In this document: one piece after another, positions 1-14,100 of the stretch | Layout of the letters: each line of letters opens with the position of its first letter | How positions within the stretch are numbered: position 1 is the first letter of the stretch | Origin: an uncultured Gammaproteobacteria bacterium | GTDB taxonomy: Bacteria; Patescibacteriota; Patescibacteriia; SBBC01; CAIJZX01 | Assembly (NCBI GenBank): GCA_964349465.1 | Contig: CAYGGC010000008.1 | Coordinates: 1 to 52,354 of the forward strand | Direction: 5' to 3' | DNA: 52,354 bases | Notes under the pieces: model-generated | Seen by the model: only the letters and a program-made list of their open reading frames with translations | Databases searched by the model: none | Told to the model about the DNA's origin: nothing | Program-made: the position numbers and the translations under genes

Positions 1-3150
<3,150 letters not shown>

Positions 3151-4107
3151 TTGTCGAGACACGATCCACACGTAGCTTAATATGCGTGGATCAGGGTTCT
3201 AATCTTTCGAATCACTATTGTGACTCGCGAGATTTCTAGACGAGAGCATGACACCGGAACCACGATTGTGGTGCCGTTTCATTACTCAATTTTAAGATGC
3301 TTGTTTCCATTCATCATATTCCTGAGCGTTGATCAGACAATATGATATTCACTTCATTGCTTTTGCAAGCAATGTTTCTCGTGTTACCCATATTCAGTTG
3401 TCAAACTGCAGGATTAACGTCACTGGGAGATGTACGAATTCAAGGCCGTACAACCAGTCAGTGGAGTCAATAGGGTAAAGTGCGAACAGTACGCGGGGGC
3501 CGGAGAGCCAGGTCGGGGGGTCAATCCCACACGCTAGCCAGTGCCAGCAGGAGAAAGACCGAGAGTGATCATTCAACTCACCCTCCTAGGCTCGTCCGGA
3601 CACCCCGCTAGGTTTCATCCCGAGTCGGGAAGCCACTGTTGTCCGGAGGCCGCGCCCGGAGCGGTTGTGACGCCCCGAGCTCGGGAACAAAGCGCGCCAG
3701 GACTGGCCACACCATATCCGCGACCGGGCGGAATGACGGGTGTCAGTGGGCCGCAGGCCCTGGCGCATAGTGGCGGAGGACCAACAGGTCCAACCAAGAG
3801 GGAGGTCCATACGAACCCCTGGCTGGTTGTGGTCCCCCACAAATCTTTTGAAGAGCGAAGGAGGAAGATAATCTCGTTATCTGCTTTCTTCGGTGTTCAC
3901 TAGTCGTTTCTGTAAAGTGCTTGTGTGATCCCGCAGCCTCGAATCTCGGTGCGGAATCAATCCCATGTTGTCTCTGTATGAGGGGATTGAAAAACCGCCT
4001 GGTCGGCGGCTCGAAGCGCATCGTACGCTCTGGCGGGCTTAGCCGACGTTGATCTCCTGGGTTAGGGAATTACGCATCAGAGCCGATTCAATAGTTATAT
4101 TTCAGTA
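3151..4107 (-). ncRNA. Long structured 5' leader of the 23S transcript, with no 16S or tRNA recognised
   Basis: Many GC-rich hairpins (e.g. GGGGACCA..TGGTCCTCC, GCGCCAGG..CCTGGCGC), processing-stalk-like TTTGACAACTGAATA near 3391-3405, no credible ORF. Confidence 0.5.
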
Positions 4108-4113
4108 GTGAAT

Positions 4114-4142
4114 AGCCTACAGCGAACAGCAGGGTTTGTCAA
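4114..4142 (-). promoter_or_regulatory. Sigma70-like promoter for the rRNA transcript
   Basis: TTGACA-17 nt-TAGGCT on the minus strand. Confidence 0.65.
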
Positions 4143-4211
4143 GGATAATTGGGGAGGAAATGTGTATACTTGACAAATCTATAATATATGTTCCAATATT
4201 ACTTCAAATTA

Positions 4212-4240
4212 TTGACAAAGTGTCATTTTTATGCTAAAAT
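4212..4240 (+). promoter_or_regulatory. Sigma70-like promoter for the surface-protein operon
   Basis: TTGACA-17 nt-TAAAAT with extended -10 TG. Confidence 0.65.
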
Positions 4241-4264
4241 AAAAGAAAATAAAGAGTAAAAAAC

Positions 4265-7200
4265 ATGTTTATTGGTAGAAGGCAGAAAAACCGTCGATTT
4301 CGACTGTTATGGGCCCTCAATGTCGGCCTTTTTGTTGTTTTTGGGCTTTTTTTCGCCTTTTCCTCCCTCCAGCCGGCCGAAGCCGTCCTCTATCAGCCCT
4401 TAAGTAACCAGCGTCCAAAAGATTTTGCGGTCGTGCGGAAGGATGGCGTTTGGCATGCGTACGCGATTTGGTGCGACGTAGCGCTTGGTTGTGATGCCTT
4501 ACGACGAGGGTTGATGCATCTAACATCGACTGACTTAAAAAATTGGACCGAAGTTGGATTTGTCCTCGCGCCTGACGGCGGGTCCGATTTTGATGATTAC
4601 GATATTTGGGCGCCGTCGATCGTTGAGCGTGACGGTACATACTATATGTACTACACCGGCGTTTACAAAAACGGATCGAATACGTGGGTCCAGAAAATTG
4701 GATTGGCGACGTCGACTGACTTGAACACATGGACGAAGTACAGTACGACGCCGGTGGTCGACTGTTCAACGTTTACCTGGGGTGTCTATTACGATACAGC
4801 AAACAGTTCTGATGGCGCGGCCTGTCGTGACGCGAATGTGACGTGGGACCAAAACGAACATCAATGGGTAATGACGTTGAGTACGCGGACGACATTATCG
4901 GCTCCGGCGAATCTCATGACGATTGCAATTGCAACATCGGAAGATTTAGTGACCTGGCGAGAGTATGGTCGGATTCCGACCACGGATGATTATACGTCAG
5001 AGTCGTCGCATCGGATTGAGCATAATGGCACAAACTACATCGCCTTTACTGACAACTGTAGCCCTCAGCCGTGTGTGAAGTATGTCAGCTCCACAAGTTT
5101 GTACTCGGGGTATGGTTCGCAGGCTGGTTTTCCAACGATAGAAAATAATGCCTACGCGTCAGAGTATTTCGCTGATCATGGTCGAGAATATTTTGCGCGG
5201 ATCGACGGCACCACCAATCAAAAATTAGATTTCGATGAACTGGCGTGGACTGGATCACCAGTAACGATTCAAGAAGTGTCATACGGATCGATTGGCGATG
5301 ATGTTTGGACGGATAGCGATGCCGACGGAGTTCATGATGGTAGTGAAGCCGGTGTGAACGGAGTAACCCTTCGTTTGTATCTTGATGATGGCGATGCCTT
5401 GTACGATCCAACGACAGATGATCTGTACTCGACGACGACCAGTGGCGATGATCCAAATACGCTTGGGACACAAACTGGGTATTATCGATTCACCGATGTC
5501 GTGCCGGGTTCATACTGGGTTATCGTTGACTCAACAAACCTTACCACCGGCGGCGCGTTAGCTGGACAGGTGAGTACGACGGCCTCAACCGCCACGTTCG
5601 TGACGGTTACGAACAACCAAGCAGTCACCACGGTTGATCACGGGTATACGAGCGGGCTAACAGATTTTGATTTTTCATCGGCAAGTCCGTATACGCTCAG
5701 CGGCGCAACCGTGAGCAGTGGACGGGTGACACCAACTCCGACGACTGCTTGGTGGGATAAAAATTTTCAGTATCGTAAACAGATAACCGTGACGGCCGGG
5801 ACGGAAGCGTTGACGACGAGCCACACGCTTGATTTGGCGCAAGACCTTGGCGCCCTTATTACCGCTGGAAAAATCCAAAGTGACTATGACGACGTCCGAT
5901 TAGTTTTCTGGAACGGTAGCGCGTTTGTGCCGGTGGAAATAGATATTGTGAGTGCGACCGTCCAACGGTTCAAAGTTCAATCGTCAATTTCGACGAGCGC
6001 CAGTGATACGAACTACTATCTCTATTATGGAAATCCGGATGCGACCATGCGCCCGACCCGATTAGCAAATGTCTACCCGTACTACACTTCATTTAATTCC
6101 AAAGATCAAAGCACCTATGGGAGCTGGACCGAGAGTACGTCGAGCTGGGATATCGTGTCTAATCGCTGGAAGTTTACCGGTAGTCAAGTCGCGGGCGATC
6201 GTTTTTCTCGCGACACGGCAACGACGATAAATTTAAGCGATGATTGGCAGTTAGAGGTTACTGCAAATATCAATGCTGGTGGAAGTATCGCTTCGCCAAC
6301 CTTTCATTCAACCCAAGCGTTCGGTAACGAGGAATATCATACGAACTTCGATGCGACGAATGATCGTATTCAATTTTATCACTGGGCCTTCGGCCAGCTT
6401 GGCAGCAACGTTCCATACACGATCAACACCGCGCAAGATTATCGGTTAGGCTTTTCTTACAACTACGTATCGAGTACGAACCATACAACGACCGCCTACG
6501 TCAACGGAGCGACGGCCGCCTCAGTCGACGAAGTGATTGTTGGGTATGATATTTGGTATGAAGGAACGTGTCCGTGTACTACGAAGAACGCCTATCTCGC
6601 CCTCGGGACCTTCAATAGTCAAACGAGTTACAACGATTTGAAAGCTTGGCAAGCGGCTGATGGTTCAGCTGTCACAGCCGGAACTGAGGCGCCGCAATAT
6701 GTCGCGGCGACGGCGACCGTCACGCCAACCACAAGTATCACGTTCGGACGGTTGCAAAATTTTTATGCTGATGTCGGCGACCAAAACGGCAGCGTGAAAT
6801 TCGTTCTGTCGAATGATGATGGTGCGAGTTGGTTGTGGTGGAATGGCTCCGCTTGGGCAACGTCGAACCAGACAAGTAGTGAGGCGAATACGCCCGATGA
6901 GGTAGCCGCTCAAGCCGGGTCGTTTCCGAGTGGCGGATTAAGCTTGCGTTGGCGAGCACTGCTCGTCGCAACCGCGAATACTCAGCCAACACTGTTTGGT
7001 GTGAGTCTATCGTCAAATCAAGCGCCGACGACCCCGATCATCGCGACGCCAAGCGATCGTGCCAGCGTCACGCCAACCCCAAGTATTATTATGATGGCGA
7101 CCGATGCGGGTGAGAGCGATAGTTTAGCCTACGAAATCCAGCTCGATACTGATCCGGGATTTACCAGCGGCGCACTTCGAACGATTCGCCAGACCGATAG

Positions 7201-8170
7201 TCAGTTTGGCTGGACCAGCCAAAACCGCCTTGGTAACACGCGCTACGCCTCGGGTGCGACCGCAACGTACACAGTCACAAACGCGCTCTCGGCCGGGACA
7301 TGGTATTGGCGCTCTCGCACAATTGATCCGGAAGGTTCAAATGTGTACTCGCCGTACTCGGCGACGCGAGTTATTGCCGTGCAAACAGATTTAGTGATGT
7401 CATCGATTACCGTAACAAACACTTCAACCACAACGGCGACGATTGAATGGGGGACGTCCGAACTGGCAAGCGCCATCCTTGAGTATGGTCCAACCATCGC
7501 CTACGGCCTCTCGTCGACAGTCGCAGCAGCGACAACCCAATCGATTATTCTGACCGATTTAACTCGGGCGACACTCTATCACTATCGGATCCGGGCCACA
7601 AATAGCAGTGGCGACATTGTGCGGTCCGGTGATCGAACGTTTATTACCAACGGCACCACGATCAATGGCCTGACTGTAACGTCACTAACTCCGCGCTCCG
7701 TCGTTGTGACATGGACAACCACGGAACCGGTGCGGGCGCGCCTTCGTTTGACGTCAGCCTCAGAAACAAGTGCCTACGTTGGACGACCGTATGCCACCAC
7801 ACATCGCGTAGTGATGAAGAAGCTTAATCCTTTGACGCGGTATACGGCCGTGGTAACAGCGGCTGGATCACACACCGTCGCTGCGAGTAAAAAATTTACC
7901 ACACTGGCGGCCGGAATTTCAGCTCCAAAAGTTCTCTCGGCCGTTGCTCGCGGGTCAGAGATAACGGTGGTTGCGAAGTTCACAAAACCAGCTACCGTTG
8001 AAATCTCTCTTGACGGAAAAAGGGCGAGCCAGTACGCCCTGAACGCTACTAATGGACTCGCAACCCTTCGCGTCACGCGACAATCACGGGCCGCAAGGAC
8101 ACTGCGCATTCGTTATACTGATTCCTACGGCCGCTTGAGCCCCTGGAGCTCGGCCTTTACCATCAAATGA
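4265..8170 (+). CDS. Large secreted protein: GH32/GH43-like beta-propeller, SdrD-B-like Ig domain, DUF2341-like region, FN3 domains
   Basis: N-terminal signal/TM; motifs WAPSIV..YYMYYTG, IGLATSTDL..W, RD; IGDDVWTDSD.DG..D; WWDKNFQYRKQIT..DDVR..YYLYYGN; TLYHYRIRA. Confidence 0.75.
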   Translation: MFIGRRQKNRRFRLLWALNVGLFVVFGLFFAFSSLQPAEAVLYQPLSNQRPKDFAVVRKDGVWHAYAIWCDVALGCDALRRGLMHLTSTDLKNWTEVGFVLAPDGGSDFDDYDIWAPSIVERDGTYYMYYTGVYKNGSNTWVQKIGLATSTDLNTWTKYSTTPVVDCSTFTWGVYYDTANSSDGAACRDANVTWDQNEHQWVMTLSTRTTLSAPANLMTIAIATSEDLVTWREYGRIPTTDDYTSESSHRIEHNGTNYIAFTDNCSPQPCVKYVSSTSLYSGYGSQAGFPTIENNAYASEYFADHGREYFARIDGTTNQKLDFDELAWTGSPVTIQEVSYGSIGDDVWTDSDADGVHDGSEAGVNGVTLRLYLDDGDALYDPTTDDLYSTTTSGDDPNTLGTQTGYYRFTDVVPGSYWVIVDSTNLTTGGALAGQVSTTASTATFVTVTNNQAVTTVDHGYTSGLTDFDFSSASPYTLSGATVSSGRVTPTPTTAWWDKNFQYRKQITVTAGTEALTTSHTLDLAQDLGALITAGKIQSDYDDVRLVFWNGSAFVPVEIDIVSATVQRFKVQSSISTSASDTNYYLYYGNPDATMRPTRLANVYPYYTSFNSKDQSTYGSWTESTSSWDIVSNRWKFTGSQVAGDRFSRDTATTINLSDDWQLEVTANINAGGSIASPTFHSTQAFGNEEYHTNFDATNDRIQFYHWAFGQLGSNVPYTINTAQDYRLGFSYNYVSSTNHTTTAYVNGATAASVDEVIVGYDIWYEGTCPCTTKNAYLALGTFNSQTSYNDLKAWQAADGSAVTAGTEAPQYVAATATVTPTTSITFGRLQNFYADVGDQNGSVKFVLSNDDGASWLWWNGSAWATSNQTSSEANTPDEVAAQAGSFPSGGLSLRWRALLVATANTQPTLFGVSLSSNQAPTTPIIATPSDRASVTPTPSIIMMATDAGESDSLAYEIQLDTDPGFTSGALRTIRQTDSQFGWTSQNRLGNTRYASGATATYTVTNALSAGTWYWRSRTIDPEGSNVYSPYSATRVIAVQTDLVMSSITVTNTSTTTATIEWGTSELASAILEYGPTIAYGLSSTVAAATTQSIILTDLTRATLYHYRIRATNSSGDIVRSGDRTFITNGTTINGLTVTSLTPRSVVVTWTTTEPVRARLRLTSASETSAYVGRPYATTHRVVMKKLNPLTRYTAVVTAAGSHTVAASKKFTTLAAGISAPKVLSAVARGSEITVVAKFTKPATVEISLDGKRASQYALNATNGLATLRVTRQSRAARTLRIRYTDSYGRLSPWSSAFTIK

Positions 8171-11100
8171 TCAAACCCATCCACAATTTTCATCACGCGT
8201 TGACCATGTTTTTGGCGGTGGTTGTTGTCCTGGGTATTGGGACACAGGATTATCAACGCGCCGCGGCCGCGACGAATATTGATATTTCTGGAATCATTTA
8301 TGATATCGATTTAATTGAATACGCCTGCGGTTCGAACGGGTCGTTAACCGTTAGGGTTCGCGTGAATGGTGCTGGCGCGTACAGCGGAACCTGTACCGAT
8401 GATACTGGCGCCTATGCGGTGACTGGCGTCAGCGTGAATCCATCCGACGTCGTTACAGTTTTTGTTGACGACGCGACGGTCCATGCAAGTTATGTCACGA
8501 AGGCGGCTGCTTCGCCGTCGAATATGACGCTCGATTTAGCTCAGGACGTTGTGTCCCTTGGCCATGCCGACGCCGGTCCCATCACGAACGCGGATCTCGA
8601 CCAATACGATAGCGAACAGAATAGTAACATTGGTTTCACCGTTTCTGCGAACGCGCTCTCGAACCTTTTTTCTTCACAAATTTTTGTGACGGCGGGAACA
8701 ACGTATTCCCCGGGGGGAACTGTTACCGTGACAAACAATTATATTGTAGCTAACACTGGCAGTGTCGTTACGTTAGCGACGAGCGGTAATACGATGTACG
8801 GCATTCAAGCAACTGGCGGGACAATGCGGATTAATGGCGACACAACCGTTTCCGGCGGCGGGTTAACGAATGCGGGTGGCACAATTACGACGACTGCCGG
8901 AACACCAACGCTAACTGTCAGCGGTACGTGCGGAACGATCAATGGTTCGATGACACTGTACAATCTTACACTCTCGGCCGCCGGAACCTGCATCTTATTT
9001 AGTGGGGGTGACACACTGACGATCAATAATAATTTCACGATCAACACGGGCGTGACGGTTGATCAGCGGTCGAACGTGGTTATTAGTGGCAACCTCATCA
9101 CCAGCGGTACCGGGGCGCTCCTCTCGGGCGGCAGCACTCCAACCACCACGGTCAATGGCACGAGCCTTGGTGGTGGGGCCGGGAGTGTATCGTTTTATAA
9201 TTTCGCCAAGACGTCAGCAGGAACAACGACGTGGTCAGGCACAACAATGGCAACAGTCACGAACGCTTTGACGGTCAGCGCCGGGACGCTGAGTTTCACC
9301 GGTGGAAGTCTCATTCTTGGTGGGTCGGTGACGACGTCCGGCGGAACACTGACTGGAACCGGATCAATCACCTACGCGGCGACGTCTGGCGTCACGATTC
9401 CGGCCAGTGGCAGTTACGGTAACTTAGCTGTTTCCGATGGACTCGTGGGTTATTGGAAGTTGGACGAAACGTCTGGCACAACGGCGGCTGATTCAAGTGG
9501 ACTGGGACACACCGGTACGCACACAGCTACCCCGACTATATCGAGTGACGTGCCCACTCTACAATATGCAAATCCACAAAGCCTTGATTTTGATGGCAGT
9601 TCAAATTATGTCGATCTCGGAAGACCGGCCTTTCTCAATTCTCAATTTGCCGGAAAAATTTCGTTGTCGGCTTGGATAAAGCCCGATGTATCAAAAACTG
9701 CGGTGATCGTTGGTAAATCAGATAATCAAGACCACAACGCTCCGTATTATGATTACTCGCTATTTCAATTTGGCAACATCTTGAATTTCCGAATTGGAAG
9801 CGCGAACATCAGTAGCAGCGGCTCCGGCACAGGCGCGCTGGTCGTCAATGGAACAACGTGGCAGCACGTTGCCGGCACGTACGACGGGACGACGTTGCGG
9901 GCTTACATCAATGGCGTCGAGGTTGCTTCGCAGGTATCGGCGGGGCTGGCCATTGCTTCGAGCGCACGGAATACACGAATTGGCGCGCGTGATACCACGG
10001 TTATGGATGAATTTTTTAACGGAAAAATTGACGACGTCCGCATCTATCGGCGTGGGTTAACGGCCCAAGAAATTCAAAGTCTCAGAACTGGATTTCATAT
10101 CGGCACCAGTGCGGCGACCTTTACGCTTGGTGGAAATCTTGATGTGAATGGTGATCTCACGATCGCCAGCGGCGCGCTTGATGCGGACAATGCACAAAAC
10201 TATTCATTGAACGTGAGCGGCAGTTTCCAAAACTATGGCGTTCTGATCCCGAGAAGTGGAGCGGTCGTTCTCGACGGCGGATCGGGCGGGAAAGTCATCG
10301 AGTCCGGGCAACAACGTTTTCATAATCTCACGATCGCCGGCAGCGGTGGGTCATGGACACTGCGTGATCGTTTGTGGGTGACAGGGACACTCGGGATATC
10401 AAATGGCACGATCGATGTTTCGTCGTCAAACTACACGGTTCACGCTGGAACGCTTAATCAAAGTGGCGGCACGTTTACCGCTCAGACCGGCACGGTGGTT
10501 CTTGATGCGGCTAGTAGTCAAACCGTTTCGGTTACTTCGACGGTCAACAACCTTCGATTGGAAGATCCGACTATCAGCAACCTCGCCGGGTACTGGAAGC
10601 TTGATGAAGGCTCGGGGCTCACCGCCAAGGATAGTTCTGGTAACTCACGGGATGGTGTTCTAACGAACGCTCCGGCCCCAACCACATCGCTCAACGGTAC
10701 CACGACGTATGACAATGTCGCAGGTCTTGATGTTGATGGGACCGACGACTACGTGACTATGGGCGATGTGATTGATGCTGATGACACGGCCAGCCTGACG
10801 ATTTCTGGTTGGTTTAATCGCGACACAGCAACGACGGATGACGTGATCGTTGCCAAGCGTAACGGCAATACCGCATCTGATGTTGGATATATCGTTTGGC
10901 TTGATGCGGCCAGCGACAAATTGCGTTTCGAGGCGTCGGACGGCACGGATGAATTTGAATTAGCTTCAGTTTCTACCTTCACCTCGACTGGCTGGAATCA
11001 CTTCGTGGTTATTTGGGACCAGGCCTCGGCGGTAAATAGCAAGATCTATATTAATGGATCTGATAACAGTGCGACGCAGACTGGTACAATCGGGAACGTC

Positions 11101-14100
11101 AACGATCTTTCGAATTCATTGGCCTTACGACTTGGTGCAGAGTCGGACGCTGATGCGCCGTTTGATGGGAAGATTGATGATATTCGAATATTCTCATCCG
11201 CCGTGACCGCGGCTCAAGCGACTGCGCTTGGGGCGGGGAAGTATGCCGACGGTACGGCCGGAACCGCAACCTTCACTCTCGGAGCCGCGCTCGTTGTCGG
11301 CGGAACCTTAACGCTAGATAGCGGTACGCTTTCAACGAGCAGCAGCGTGTTGACAGTCACGAACGCATTTACTCTCGCGGTTGGGAATGGCGCGTATCTA
11401 GGTGGAACGCAAACACAAACTCTGAACGGTGGGCTCACCGTGAGCGGATCGAGTTTTACCGGCGGCGCTGGAACACTTGATCTGAATGGTTCAGCGACGT
11501 TGAGTGGCGGCTCGGTTATGACCGGCTCGGGTACATGGACAGTTAGCGGAAACTTTACGCACTCAGGCGCGACGTTTACGGCTAGCGCCGGCCACACGTT
11601 GACTATGGATGGAACTGGCACGCTAACGAGCAACGGACAGACACTGCAAAACCTTTCTATCGTCTCCAGTGGGACGGTAACCCTGGCCGGCGCAACACAT
11701 ACCGTGGCCGGAAACGTCGTGCTTGGCGGAAGCGGAACCCCAACCGTGACTGGTTCAACCGTGAGCATGACCGGGACTGCGAACACGATTGATGGTGGTG
11801 GAAAAACTTTAGCGAACCTCACGATTGATCCCGCCACGACTGGAACGATTACTCTGCAAAACTCTGATCTCGTTGTGAGCGAGCTTCTCTCAATTGCAAC
11901 TAGTGATACGCTGTTGATCAATAGCGGGCGTACAGTAACCTTGTCGGCGAATAGCGGAACTTCTTTAATACTAAACGGAACGATTTCTGGCACTGGACGG
12001 CTTGAATATAGAAATTCTGCAACGGTTTTTCCGTCGACCGGAATCGTATCGTCAGTAGTTCGTTTCGGTCAATTTGAGGCCGCGATCATGAATGTTCCAG
12101 CCCGCACATTTGGATCGGATCTGGAGCTCTATACGCAAAATGGCGATGGCTCGATTGATCTTGGGACCGGTGCCGGACAAACACTTACAGTTGCTGGATC
12201 ATTATTCTTTGTTGATGGGGATGCTCAAGCACAATATATTTTTGGCAATACCTATAATCCAAACATCAACATTGCTGGTAGCGTAGATTTTACTGGTTTT
12301 GGTGGACCGACAAGATATGTGTATTCGGGATCGGGTGCCTGGACAGTGGGTGGAAATATCGATTTTACCGGTGGGACGTTATCGACAAGCGCCGGGAACA
12401 CTTTTACCATGACTGGCACAAGCGCGACCTTAACACCGGCAGCACAAACCTTCGTGAACCTGACGATTGACCCAAGCACAGCCGGAACTATTTCGGTTAG
12501 TGGTTCGGATGGAACAGTCAGTGGTCTCCTCACCGTCGCCGCGAATGATACATTCAGTCTCGGCGCAAATCGAACAATGGTGTTGTCTGGAAACTCTGGT
12601 ACGACGCTCTCAGTCAATGGCACGATCAGTGGCGCCGGTCGATTGACCTACCAAAATAGTGCCACAACGCTGACGACGAGTGGGACGTTGAGTTCCATTA
12701 TGCGTTTTGACACGGTCAACGGGGCGATGATTATCCCAGCGCGTACTTACGGCGGGCAGGTTGAAGTGTACGGAGCGAGCGCAAACGCTCGAACAGTTAC
12801 CCTCGGAACAGGTGCTAGTCAAACGATAACGATCAACGGGAACCTGTATGTTATGGCCGAAGCCGCCTCACCCAATCACATCACCATCACCGGTGTGACG
12901 AATAATCCGGCGGTCGTCATTGGTGGTGCGCTTGATTACACCGGAGTTGGCGCGGCTAATGAGATCATTCTTTCCGGCACCGGTACGTGGACCGTGAGCG
13001 GTAACGTCGATTTTACGAGTGGTACGTACACGTCGACCGCCGGCAATACGCTCACGATGGACGGCGCCAGCGCGACCATTACCTCGGCTAGTCAAACGCT
13101 CTACAACCTGAGCGTTCATCCGGCGACGACCGGGACCGTCACGACGGCGGGTACCAATATTTCGGTTACCAATACACTGAGCGTTGGTTCGACCGGAATC
13201 TTATCAATTGGGTCGGGGCTACAAATCTTGGTACTTGGTACGACGAACCCACAGGGCACAATTGATGGAGCTGGTACATTATATGTAACTGGTTCACTCG
13301 GTACGGGTGGGACGGTTTCAAGTAATGTAACCTTCGACGCTTCCTCGGCGCCCTTGACGGTCCCGACCCGAATATTTTCTGGGAGCACACGAACCGTTCG
13401 TTTCTACTCCGAAAATAACACCACTACGATCGGTAATGCGTCCGGAACCATAACGATTGCCGGTTCCGTTATTTTTGATGATGGCGGAAACGGTGGAATT
13501 ACTTTTACCGCGGCGACGAACAATCCAAACATAACCATCGGTGGCGATCTCACAGCAGTTGGTTATGGGGATATTCCACTTCTCTTAGGTGCGGGAACGT
13601 GGACCGTGGGCGGTAATCTTGATTTTACCGGTATTACCTCACTGACTCCGGGCGCGAGCACGATCGTTATGACCGGAGCCAGTAAGACCTTCACCTCCGT
13701 TGGATTGTCCGTGAACTCGGTTGAGATTAGTGGCACCATTACGGCCGCTGATGCCATCACCGCGAATGGAAATTTTACTATTCAATCTGGTGGCGTATTT
13801 ACGGCGCCGAGTGCGATGACGCTCAAAGGAAATTTTGATAATAATGGAAGCTTTACACATAGTAATGGTACGGTTACGTTCGCTGCGACGACGACCGGTA
13901 AAACCATTGAATGCGGCTCATCGTCGTTGTATAACGTGATACTCAATCATGCCGCCGGAGGATGGATAATGCAAACCAATGATTGTGTTATCGCGCATGA
14001 TTTCTTACTCTCAGCCGCGTCGAATTTTACTCTCGTGAGTGGCCGTACCCTTACTATCAGCGGAACCTTTACGAATAACGTCGGAGGGAACGCGACGACT

